From contig CBDBEV010000001.1 in the NCBI GenBank assembly GCA_965204535.1, forward strand, positions 1,760,001 to 1,824,000: a stretch of 64,000 nt of DNA, in the 5' to 3' direction. The notes under the pieces were generated by a model. It made no database searches, was not told where the DNA came from, and was given only the letters and a program-made list of their open reading frames with translations. Shown here piece by piece: positions 49,773 to 58,577 of the stretch; the first letter of the stretch is position 1, and each line of letters starts with the position of its first letter. This stretch comes from a bacterium. Its GTDB lineage: Bacteria; UBA8248. The position numbers and the translations under genes were made by a program.

Positions 49773-50786
49773 ATGACCGAGAACACCGAACGCCCTGTAT
49801 TCGTCGTCAGCTCGCCCCGTTCAGGCTCCACCCTTCTGAGATTGATCCTGGACGCCCACCCGCGCCTGGCGGTGCCCCCGCCCGCATGGCTGACGCATTT
49901 CATCTATCCCTATCTCTACAGCTACGGCGATTTGTCGATCGAAAGTAATCTCGCCGAAATGATCGAGGACTCCCTCGCCACGCCGACGATCCGCGCATGG
50001 CCCATCTCGCCGAGTGCTCAGGAAGTGCGCGCTGAAATGCGAGAGTCCACCTTCGCGGAGATGTACGCCGCATTTCACCGGCTTTATGCGAAATCCGAAG
50101 GAAAAGAACGCTGGGGAGAGAAAACGCCGCGCGTCTGCTTCTACATGGAAGACTTGAAATCCATGTATCCCGGCGCGCAGTTCGTCCACATCATCAGGGA
50201 CGGACGGGACGTCGCCATCGACATCGCGGATTCCGCCCTCTGGCCGAACAACCTCTACGCGACCGCAGGCGTTTGGCGCGACTTCGTCCGTTGTGTGAAC
50301 GAATCGGCAAAAACGCTGGATCCCGAGTCCTTTTACGTCGTCAGGTATGAGGAACTCTGCGCCGAGCCGGAACCCGTTCTGGAGAAACTGTGTGAGTTCC
50401 TGGGGGAGGATTTCTCGCCCGCCATGCTCGCCCATCAGGAAACCGCATCGACGAAAAAGTGGGCCGAAACGCCCATCCACGCCAAGACGGCCCGCCCCAT
50501 CACGACGGATTTCGTCGAGATGTACAAGCATCGTCTGCCGGAGTCGGACGTAGGGGTCATCGAAAGCCTCATCGGCGAGACACTCGGCGAATTCGGCTAC
50601 GCCCTCACGGGCGCGCCGGACGACCTATCTTCGCGCGAGAAGCGCCAGCTGATGGAGAACGACACCATCACCAACATCGCGTCCATCGAGTACAAGCGCT
50701 GGCATGAGGGAAGAAGAAAAGAACGGTGTGATCGGGGCGTATGGGCGCCAGAGGATCGGGATTCCCTCCTCTGGGGTTTCCATTAA
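49773..50786 (+). CDS. PAPS-dependent sulfotransferase family protein (paralog of 34891-35904)
   Basis: SSPRSGST, WGEKTP, HIIRDGRD; shares ILDAHPRLAVP and YPYLYSYGDLS with the first copy. Confidence 0.88.
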   Translation: MTENTERPVFVVSSPRSGSTLLRLILDAHPRLAVPPPAWLTHFIYPYLYSYGDLSIESNLAEMIEDSLATPTIRAWPISPSAQEVRAEMRESTFAEMYAAFHRLYAKSEGKERWGEKTPRVCFYMEDLKSMYPGAQFVHIIRDGRDVAIDIADSALWPNNLYATAGVWRDFVRCVNESAKTLDPESFYVVRYEELCAEPEPVLEKLCEFLGEDFSPAMLAHQETASTKKWAETPIHAKTARPITTDFVEMYKHRLPESDVGVIESLIGETLGEFGYALTGAPDDLSSREKRQLMENDTITNIASIEYKRWHEGRRKERCDRGVWAPEDRDSLLWGFH

Positions 50787-50800
50787 AGGGAGCGTCCGGT

Positions 50801-51976
50801 TTGTCCCCGCAAAACGACCCGCAGGAGCATCCCCGTCTCCTCGTCCCCGAGGAGGAAAGAGCGGATTTAGAACGCGAGGCCGCCGATCTGCCTCACATCT
50901 CCCTCGACGCCCGCCGGCTATGCGATCTCGAACTGCTCTTGAACGGCGGTTTCGCGCCGCTGCAAGGATATCCAAGCCAAAAAGACTACGAGTGCGTTCT
51001 CGAATCCATGCGCCTTCAAAACGGGGCGTTGTGGCCCATCCCCATCGTCCTTGACTTATCCGAGAAAGAGGCGAACAGGATCGAGAAGCGCTCCCGGCTC
51101 GCCCTGCGGGACGGCGGCGGGACGCCTCTCGCCGTTCTGGACGTGGAAGACATATGGCGAGCCGACTTTGAGCGGGAAGCGCAATGCGTATTCGACACCC
51201 TCGATCAGACCCACCCGGGGGTCAGGTATCTTTTCCGGGAAACCGGCCCCTTCTACCTCGGCGGCCGTTTGCGCGGAATCCGCCTGCCCCGGCACGCCGA
51301 CTTTCCCGAATATCGCAATTCCCCCGGAGAGCTGCGGGAGAAATTCCGGGCGATGGGATGGAAGCGGGTCGTCGCCTTTCAGACGCGCAACCCGATGCAC
51401 AGGGCGCACGTCGAGCTGACGAAGAGCGCCGCTTCCGAGAATGGAGCGAAAATACTTCTGCATCCGGTAGTGGGAATCACGAAACCGGGCGACATCGACC
51501 ATACGTGCCGGGTGCGCTGCTACGAGCACGTTCTCAGGCATTACGCGCCTGATTCCGTCACCCTGGCGCTATTGCCCCTGGCGATGCGGATGGCCGGCCC
51601 CAGAGAGGCCCTCTGGCACGCGCTCATAAGAAAAAACTACGGCTGCACCCACTTCATCGTGGGCAGGGATCATGCCGGCCCCGGCGTCGACGGCCGGGGT
51701 GAGCCTTTCTACGACCCGTACGCCGCCCAGGACTTGCTGAAAACCCACCAGTCCGAGTGCGGAATCGCGATGGTCCCGTTCCAGGAGATGGTCTACGCCC
51801 CGGATGAGGAGCGCTACCTGCCGGTGGATCGGCTCCCCGAAAACACCCGCATCCTCAAAATATCCGGCACGAGGCTTCGCGAAATGATGGAAAAGGGCGA
51901 AGAAATCCCCGGGTGGTTCACCTACGCGGAAGTCGCGAAAGAGTTGAGGCGTTATTCTTCCCCGAAAAAGTCTTGA
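50801..51976 (+). CDS. sat: Sulfate adenylyltransferase (ATP sulfurylase), no fused APS kinase
   Basis: DLELL.NGGF.PL, FQTRNPMHRAH, MRMAGPREA, NYGCTHFIVGRDHAG; probable TTG start 50801 after AAGGGAG. Confidence 0.92.
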   Translation: MSPQNDPQEHPRLLVPEEERADLEREAADLPHISLDARRLCDLELLLNGGFAPLQGYPSQKDYECVLESMRLQNGALWPIPIVLDLSEKEANRIEKRSRLALRDGGGTPLAVLDVEDIWRADFEREAQCVFDTLDQTHPGVRYLFRETGPFYLGGRLRGIRLPRHADFPEYRNSPGELREKFRAMGWKRVVAFQTRNPMHRAHVELTKSAASENGAKILLHPVVGITKPGDIDHTCRVRCYEHVLRHYAPDSVTLALLPLAMRMAGPREALWHALIRKNYGCTHFIVGRDHAGPGVDGRGEPFYDPYAAQDLLKTHQSECGIAMVPFQEMVYAPDEERYLPVDRLPENTRILKISGTRLREMMEKGEEIPGWFTYAEVAKELRRYSSPKKS

Positions 51977-52224
51977 GCCGCGCCCGCCGTCAGAACTCGA
52001 AGCCGTGGACGGGATCATGAATGACAATATCCACCAATCACATCCATAGGACAACAGGACTACAGAGCCGATGAGGGCGGCTCGATGCGACGTAGGATGG
52101 CGGAGATGGAGGGTCAATCGCGACTGAGAAAGGAGCGATTGCGGTTTGCGTCCGATGAGGGAGGCTGCGGAAATGCGACAAGGCTGCGGGAACTTCGGAT
52201 GATCCAGCAATCATGCCCGTATGG

Positions 52225-52317
52225 TGGCGGAGAGGGAGGGATTCGAACCCTCGAGGCACCTTGTGGGCACCTATACGATTTCCAGTCGTACTCCTTCGGC
52301 CTCTCGGACACCTCTCC
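52225..52317 (-). tRNA. tRNA-Ser(GGA)
   Basis: Acceptor GGAGAGG/CCTCTCC, anticodon loop CT-GGA-AA, long variable arm, GGTTCGAATCC, encoded CCA. Confidence 0.96.
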
Positions 52318-52415
52318 GCGGGAGTGGGGCCGTCGCGCGAATCACGAACGGGCCATGCGGAGTTTTGTATATCACGGACGAAGCCGGAATGTCAGTCCGC
52401 CACCCCAATCGCGCC

Positions 52416-52444
52416 TTGACTTTTCGCCTCGTTTTCCCGATGAT
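52416..52444 (+). promoter_or_regulatory. Candidate sigma70 promoter
   Basis: TTGACT-17 nt-GATGAT. Confidence 0.5.
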
Positions 52445-52449
52445 TCCAG

Positions 52450-52621
52450 GTACGTCAGAAAGGAGGTGATCCTAATATGAAAATACACTGTAGGGACGAG
52501 GTGACCGGCGCCTAGGGGAGAAGCCCTCGGGAGATTCCCACGGGTTTATCTTCGCCCAGGCGAATCCCCACCAGGTCACCGAACCATGAAAGACCCCGGT
52601 CCGAAAGGGCCGGGGTTTTTC
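52450..52621 (+). ncRNA. Candidate structured small RNA / small-ORF transcript (MKIHCRDEVTGA, 52477-52515)
   Basis: Promoter, AGAAAGGAGGTGATCC, 12-codon ORF, multibranch fold closed by GGTGACC/GGTCACC, terminator. Confidence 0.5.
52592..52621 (+). terminator. Rho-independent terminator
   Basis: ACCCCGGTCC-GAAA-GGGCCGGGGT stem-loop followed by T run. Confidence 0.8.
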
Positions 52622-52689
52622 ACGTCGCGCCATATGAAAACTTTCATCTTTCACGCAATTTATCCTCAAAGCATAAGGAGCAGGATTCG

Positions 52690-53148
52690 ATGCCGCAGAC
52701 GAGTTGGACGGTCTATCTATCCGGAGAAGTGCACACCGACTGGCGCGAACGCATCACCGAGGGCGCGGAGAGGGCGGGCCTGCCGGTCACCTTCCTCGCC
52801 CCCGTCACGGACCACGACGCGAGCGACGATTGCGGCGTGTCGATTCTCGGCGGTGAGGAAAAGCCGTTCTGGAAAGACCGCAAGGGCGCGGGCGTGAACG
52901 CCATCAGGACGCGCACGCTCATCGAGAAGGCGGACGTGGTGGTCGTGCGCTTCGGGGAGAAATACAGGCAGTGGAACGCCGCGTTCGACGCGGGCTACGC
53001 GGCGGCTCTGGGGAAAGCCCTCATCACCCTGCACGACGCGGGCCACACCCACGCGCTCAAGGAAGTCGACGCCGCCGCCATGGCCGTGGCCGAAGAACCC
53101 GAACAGGTGGTGCGCATTCTCAACTACGCCATCAACGGGACTTTGTAG
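52690..53148 (+). CDS. ytoQ: YtoQ-family protein (nucleoside deoxyribosyltransferase-like fold)
   Basis: VYLSGEVHTDWR, NAIRTRT, RFGEKYRQWNAAFDAG, HALKEVD. Confidence 0.9.
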   Translation: MPQTSWTVYLSGEVHTDWRERITEGAERAGLPVTFLAPVTDHDASDDCGVSILGGEEKPFWKDRKGAGVNAIRTRTLIEKADVVVVRFGEKYRQWNAAFDAGYAAALGKALITLHDAGHTHALKEVDAAAMAVAEEPEQVVRILNYAINGTL

Positions 53149-53201
53149 CAGGCGTATACGGGGTTGGTAAAAATCCTGTCCACCCTTCGAGATTGTTCGC
53201 C

Positions 53202-53520
53202 GTAGGGACAGGCGCAGAGGCCTGTTCGGAACCCCTGTGGTCGCCCGATTGGCTGGCAAGAACGAGGGTTTGACGCGACCGGGGAGAGAAGATTTTCACT
53301 CCCCCCTTGAGGGGGCTGTTGAAAACCCCCTCGCCGAGGGACATTGCCTTTAGCGGGAAGGCCGCTTTCGCGCGAACCCCCGACCTCCCTCTTTGAAAGC
53401 AACCCCCCCTACCCCCCCTTGTCAGGGGGGCAAGAAAAAGCAAAACCCCCTCGACTTGGAGGAGGCGCGTCGCCTTTTTATACCCCCCTGACAAGGGGGG
53501 GTAGGGGGGGTTGCTTTTCC
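53202..53520. repeat. Repeat cluster: REP variant, ACTCCCCCCTTGAG module cut by an IS-type end, G/C hairpin pair
   Basis: CCCCCCTTGAG|GGGGCTGTTGAAAA near 53300-53325; inverted core 53403-53510. Confidence 0.65.
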
Positions 53521-53596
53521 AGTCAAGAGAGGTGTTCCCACTCTCCCCGATCAGGAACGATCTACACAGGAACACATCGGGGTTTCACAGGCTGCC

Positions 53597-54604
53597 TCAC
53601 CTCCCCCTTGGCAGCACCTCATAGGCTTCGGGGTTCACGAGGGTGGAGGGCCGCTCGCCCCGGAAGTAGGCGAGGACGCACTCGGTCGTGTGGCGGAGCG
53701 TATTGCGAATCGCATCCTCGCCCCGGCCGCCCAGGTGGGGGGCGAGCACGGCGTTCTCGAGCGTGAATATGGGATGCGAATAATCGGGCGGCTCCTCGGG
53801 GAACACGTCGATTCCCGCGCCCCGGATGACGCCCTCCTGAAGAGCCTCGGTCACCGCGTCGAGATCGAAGACGGGCCCCCGCGAGGTGTTGAAGACGTAA
53901 GCGTCGGGCTTCATGAGGCTTAAGATTTCGCGGCCTATGATGTGCGTCGTCTCGGGCGTCAGGGGCACGTGGCAGGTGAGGTAGTCCGATTCCCTCGCCA
54001 GCTCTTCCAGGCTCACGAAGCGCACACCCAGCGCATTCGCCGTCTCCTCGTCTTGCACGATGTCGTGGGCGATCACCTTCATGTCGAAGGCGACGGCCCG
54101 TTTCGCCACCTGCTTGCCGATGTTCCCGAAACCCAGTATCCCCATCGTCATCCCGTTGAGCGGACGCATGGGCGGCTGAATTTCGCGCCAGAGGCCCTTT
54201 CTGATTTCTGTGTCCAGCCAGCCGATGCGCCGGACGGCGCAGAGCAGCATGCCGAAGAGATGCTCCGCCACGGATTGTGAGTTCTGCCCCGCCGAGTTCG
54301 CGACGAGTATGCCGCGCTCGGTGGCCGCCGGTATGTCGACGTTGTTCAGGCCCACGCCGGCGCGCACGATGATTCTCACCCCGGGGGCGCCATCCATCAC
54401 GCCTGCCGTATAAGGCTCCGCCCCCGCGATGACGGCGGTCACACCCGGCAGGGCCGCGATGACGTCTTCCTCGGGCATGTAGCCCCGGCACTCGTCGAGG
54501 CGCACCTCAAGCCCCTCGTCCACCAGGGGCTGGAACATCTCCATCGGGTCATCGAAATTCAGGATAAAGGGGGTTCCCACCCAGACGACGGGTTTATCGC
54601 TCAT
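53597..54604 (-). CDS. D-isomer-specific 2-hydroxyacid dehydrogenase (SerA-like, no ACT domain)
   Basis: RAGVG, SVAEH, GILGFGNIG, NTSRG, DVFPEEP, PHLGG. Confidence 0.88.
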   Translation of the reverse strand: MSDKPVVWVGTPFILNFDDPMEMFQPLVDEGLEVRLDECRGYMPEEDVIAALPGVTAVIAGAEPYTAGVMDGAPGVRIIVRAGVGLNNVDIPAATERGILVANSAGQNSQSVAEHLFGMLLCAVRRIGWLDTEIRKGLWREIQPPMRPLNGMTMGILGFGNIGKQVAKRAVAFDMKVIAHDIVQDEETANALGVRFVSLEELARESDYLTCHVPLTPETTHIIGREILSLMKPDAYVFNTSRGPVFDLDAVTEALQEGVIRGAGIDVFPEEPPDYSHPIFTLENAVLAPHLGGRGEDAIRNTLRHTTECVLAYFRGERPSTLVNPEAYEVLPRGR

Positions 54605-54666
54605 TCGCTTTCATCTCCATTTCATTCGTTCTCTTGCTTGCTCAGAAAAATACGAAAAACCGGAAT

Positions 54667-55434
54667 CTACCTGCCCCGCCAGACGGGCTTTCTCTTCTCT
54701 CTGAAGGCGAGGATCCCCTCTTTGGAATCTTCGGTGTGCAGGATGCGGTCCGCCACGTCGCGCGACATGTAGACCCTGTCGCGATAGCCCAGGTCCTCGC
54801 CCCGGCGCGCCGCCTCCTTGATGGCGCAGACCGCCATGGGCGCCGCTTCCAGGATTTCGTGCGCGTAGCGCACAGCCGTCGGCAGCAGTTCCTCGTGCGG
54901 CACCACCTCGGTGGCGATCCCCAAACGCAGGCACTCCTCGGCGGGGATGAACTTGCCGCGCATGAGGTAGCTCATCGCCTGCGTCCAGGGAATCGCGTGC
55001 GCGCACATGGCGGGGCCGCTCACCGAGGAGATGCCCCGCAGCACCTGCGGCCAGCCCATGGAGCCGCGCTCCGAGAAGATGAGGATGTCCGAGTTCAGCG
55101 CGAAGCCCGCCCCCTGGGCGAGGCAGGGGCCGTTGATGGCGCAGATGACGGGCTTGTAGAGATAGCGGAGATAGAGATAAAGCTCATCGTTCGACATCAC
55201 CTGGGCGTCGCTCTCGGGCATCTTCTCCACGATGTCCTTGCCCGAGCAGAATACGTCCCCCGCCGCCGTGATGACGGCCACCCAGACGTCGGGGTTGTGC
55301 TTGATGTCGACGTAGGCGTCCTGCACCTCCTTGCGCATGGCGTAGTTGATGGCGTTTTTCTTCTCGGGACGGTTCAGGGTGAGATACGCGACGTGGTTCT
55401 TGACTTCATACGTGGTTGCTTCTCGGTTCGCCAT
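54667..55434 (-). CDS. Enoyl-CoA hydratase/isomerase (crotonase) family protein
   Basis: LNRPEKKNA, FCSGKD, KPVICAING, EGILAFREKRKP. Confidence 0.88.
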   Translation of the reverse strand: MANREATTYEVKNHVAYLTLNRPEKKNAINYAMRKEVQDAYVDIKHNPDVWVAVITAAGDVFCSGKDIVEKMPESDAQVMSNDELYLYLRYLYKPVICAINGPCLAQGAGFALNSDILIFSERGSMGWPQVLRGISSVSGPAMCAHAIPWTQAMSYLMRGKFIPAEECLRLGIATEVVPHEELLPTAVRYAHEILEAAPMAVCAIKEAARRGEDLGYRDRVYMSRDVADRILHTEDSKEGILAFREKRKPVWRGR

Positions 55435-55630
55435 GGCCGGGCTTCCTTTTTCTGAAAAGGTGCGGGAGCGTCTCTATCGCTCCTTGAAATCATTGTCGGG
55501 TCGAAGACCGCCATTGTAGCGAAAAGCGCCCGTGCGCGCTCCCGTGCGCGGAAATTTCCTTATTCTGAAACTTATGAGAGACTCCACCCACCGGAAACAG
55601 CAAATCCACCGAACCGATAGGAGAAGCCAC

Positions 55631-57286
55631 ATGCGCGTCGTCGACGTCATCGCCGGAATCCTGAAGCGCGAAGGGGTGAGGCACCTCAAATGCTACCCCA
55701 CCACCGTCCAGATCGAAGCGGCCGCCGCTATCGGCATCCGGCCCATCGTCTGCCGCCAGGAGCGCGTGGGGGTGGGCATCGCGGACGGCTTCGCCCGCGT
55801 CACCAACGGCGCCGCACCTTCTGTTTTCACCATGCAGTACGGACCGGGGGCGGAAAACGCCTTTCCGGGCATCTCGACCGCGTATTCGGATTCCACGCCT
55901 ATGCTGCTGCTCCCTCTCGGTCACGCCAGGGGGCGCGACCGCGTGTTCCCCATGTTCAGTTCGGTCGACTCCTACGCCTCGGTGACGAAATCGGCCGAGC
56001 AGGTCAACGTGCCCGAACGGGCGGCGGATGCCATGCGCCGCGCCTTTCATGCGATGAGAAACGGCCGCCCCGGCCCCGTGCTCGTCGAATTGCCCGAAGA
56101 CATCGCGGGTATGGAAGTCTCGGAAGATATGCTGGGCGGCTACACGCCCGTGAAGCGAACGCGCGCCCAGGCGGATCCGAAGGACGTGGAAAGCGCCGCA
56201 GAGGCGCTGCTGTCAGCAGAAAGTCCGGTGATCCTTGCAGGCGCGGGTGTGCTCTACGCGGAGGCGACCGGGGAATTGCGCGAGCTGGCGGAACTCCTCC
56301 AGATTCCCGTGTTGACCACCATGGAGGGCAAGAGCGCGATCTCGGAAGCGAACCACCCCTTGGCCCTGGGCGTCGGCTCGAGCGTCATGAGCGGCCCCGC
56401 CTATCATTTCTTAAGAGACGCCGACCTCGTGTTCGCCGTCGGCACGAGCCTCACCGACCACGGCCTCGCCACGCGCGTGCCCGGCGGAAAGACCATCGTC
56501 CACGCGACGAACGATCCGGTCGACATCAACAAGAATTACCCCGCCGATCACCCCGTGCTCGGCGACGCGAAGCTCGTGCTGCGCCAGTTCATCGACTGCT
56601 GCGCCGAGCGGGCGGGGAGCGCGGACAGAAGCGGGCGCGAGGAGGTGCAGGCGCAGGTGGCGGAGGCGCGGAAGGCCTGGCTGGACGAATGGGCGCCCAA
56701 GCTCACTTCGGATGAAAAACCCATCAACCCCTACCGCGTCATCGGGGAGCTGATGCGGAACGTCCCTGCGGCGGAGGCCATCGCCACCCACGATTCGGGG
56801 AACCCGCGGTACGAGATGCTGCCCATGTATCTCTGCGACACGCCGAGGTCCTATCTCGGCTGGGGGAAATCGCACCAGCTCGGCACGGGGCTCGGCCTCG
56901 CCATGGGCGCGAAACTCGCCGCGCCCGAGAAGTTCTGCGTGAACTTCATGGGCGATGCGGCGTTTGGGATGACGGGGCTTGATTTCGAGACCGCCGTGCG
57001 CGAGAACCTGCCCATCTGCACGGTGGTGCTCAAGAACTCCACCATGGCGGTGGAGACCAATCACATGGCGCTCTCCCACGAGAAATACGGCACGCGCGAC
57101 GTGGGCGGCGAATACGCCGACATCGCCAGGGCGCTGGGCGGCTGGGCGAAGCGCGTGGAGGACCCGAATGAGGTCGGCCCCGCCTTCCTGGAAGCCAGAA
57201 GAAAGACCGAAGAAGGTACGCCCGCGCTGCTTGAGTTCATCACGAGCGAGGAGATGGGCTACTCCCACGCCCGCCCGTTCGGCTAG
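55631..57286 (+). CDS. Thiamine-pyrophosphate-requiring enzyme (acetolactate-synthase-like)
   Basis: CRQERVG..ADG, QYGPG, RPGPV, MGDAAFG..KNS; start ATG 55631 after AGGAG. Confidence 0.88.
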   Translation: MRVVDVIAGILKREGVRHLKCYPTTVQIEAAAAIGIRPIVCRQERVGVGIADGFARVTNGAAPSVFTMQYGPGAENAFPGISTAYSDSTPMLLLPLGHARGRDRVFPMFSSVDSYASVTKSAEQVNVPERAADAMRRAFHAMRNGRPGPVLVELPEDIAGMEVSEDMLGGYTPVKRTRAQADPKDVESAAEALLSAESPVILAGAGVLYAEATGELRELAELLQIPVLTTMEGKSAISEANHPLALGVGSSVMSGPAYHFLRDADLVFAVGTSLTDHGLATRVPGGKTIVHATNDPVDINKNYPADHPVLGDAKLVLRQFIDCCAERAGSADRSGREEVQAQVAEARKAWLDEWAPKLTSDEKPINPYRVIGELMRNVPAAEAIATHDSGNPRYEMLPMYLCDTPRSYLGWGKSHQLGTGLGLAMGAKLAAPEKFCVNFMGDAAFGMTGLDFETAVRENLPICTVVLKNSTMAVETNHMALSHEKYGTRDVGGEYADIARALGGWAKRVEDPNEVGPAFLEARRKTEEGTPALLEFITSEEMGYSHARPFG

Positions 57287-57511
57287 CTCCGGCACAGCGG
57301 GGCAAGGACGAAACCCACAGCCGCCATGTTGATCTCACCCTGAGCAGTGTTCCCCCTTCCCTCACCCTGAGTAGCGGCGAAGCCGCGTATCGAAGATGTC
57401 TATTCCCGTGCTTCTCCTTTGTCAGGACAGGCACGGGGACCTGTCCCTACGGTAAACCATTCGATGATCGGGATGCCCTCCCCGGCGCGGGGTTATTCAA
57501 GGGCCCGCGGC

Positions 57512-58501
57512 TTACGCCTCGACGACGATCTTGCCCATCTGCTGGTTCGACTCCATGTACTTGTGCGCCTCCACCATGTCGTCGAGCGGGAACGTCCTGG
57601 CGACGATGGGCCTGAGGGCGCCCGATTCGAGGCCCTCGTAGATGAATTTCTTCCCCCGCTCCCTTTTTTCCGGGAACTTCGTGATCTCCATGATCGTATA
57701 GCACCGGAAGGTCAGCCCTTTCCGCAGAGCCGGGAACAGGGGTATCTCCGCAGCCTCGGGCGAGAGGCGGCCGTAGAGGAAAATCGAGCCCTGGTACGCG
57801 GTCGCGTCGGCGAGTTTCGGCAGCGTCGACCCGACGACGGGGTCGAAGACGACGTCGGCGCCCGCGCCGTCCGTGATATCCATCACCCGCCCGGCCAGAT
57901 CCTCATCGTCCGTCACGACGACGTGGTCCGCGCCCGCGCCGAGAATGAAATCCTTCTTGCCCGCCCCGCGCGTCGTGGCGATCACCCGCGCGCCGACCGA
58001 TTTCGCAATCTGGATCGCCGCGACGCCGACGCTGCTGCTCGCCGCCGTGAGCAGGACGGTATCCCCCTCCTTCACGCCCCCGAATTCGATGAGCGCGCCG
58101 TATGCGGTGAAATACGGCATCCAGATGGAAGCGCCCTCGGCGGGCGAGAGGTTATCGGGATAGCGGGCGGCGGCGAACGCCGGCACGACCGCCTGCTCGC
58201 CGCACACGCCGTGCTCCACCATCGAGAAACAGGGAATCGTGCTCACTCGGTCCCCGACCGCGAGGCCCTCTACGCCCGGGCCCACGGCGTCTATCGCCCC
58301 GCAGGCCTCATAACCGATGCGGGAGGGGAACACCGGCTTGTCGTGGTAGCGGCCCTCCCGGAAGAGAATCTCCGCCCGGTTGAGCCCCATCGTCTCCACG
58401 GCGACGCGCACCTCGCCCTCCCCCGGCTCCAGATCAGGAACTTCCGCCACGCGGAGCACGTCCGCGCCGCCCAACTCGTCGAACAAAACCGCTTTCGGCA
58501 T
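57512..58501 (-). CDS. Zn-independent MDR / NADPH:quinone oxidoreductase family (copy 2)
   Basis: GLNRAE, GYEA.G, TAASSSVG, MESNQQMGKIVV. Confidence 0.88.
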   Translation of the reverse strand: MPKAVLFDELGGADVLRVAEVPDLEPGEGEVRVAVETMGLNRAEILFREGRYHDKPVFPSRIGYEACGAIDAVGPGVEGLAVGDRVSTIPCFSMVEHGVCGEQAVVPAFAAARYPDNLSPAEGASIWMPYFTAYGALIEFGGVKEGDTVLLTAASSSVGVAAIQIAKSVGARVIATTRGAGKKDFILGAGADHVVVTDDEDLAGRVMDITDGAGADVVFDPVVGSTLPKLADATAYQGSIFLYGRLSPEAAEIPLFPALRKGLTFRCYTIMEITKFPEKRERGKKFIYEGLESGALRPIVARTFPLDDMVEAHKYMESNQQMGKIVVEA

Positions 58502-58577
58502 TCTCTCATCCTCCATCCTTGTCTATGAATTTGAACGAACCCTTGCAGAACATTCCCGCCCGCTCATACAGACCCGC

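Noticed and set aside
51977-52224. Integrative element attached at the tRNA-Ser 3' end
   Set aside because: No integrase and no duplicated tRNA 3' end seen in the window
52225-52317. tRNA-Sec, given the selenoprotein candidates
   Set aside because: Anticodon is GGA with a 7-bp acceptor stem, so it is an ordinary tRNA-Ser
52457-52472. 16S rRNA gene fragment
   Set aside because: The match ends after 16 nt; the expected continuation AGCCGCA is absent
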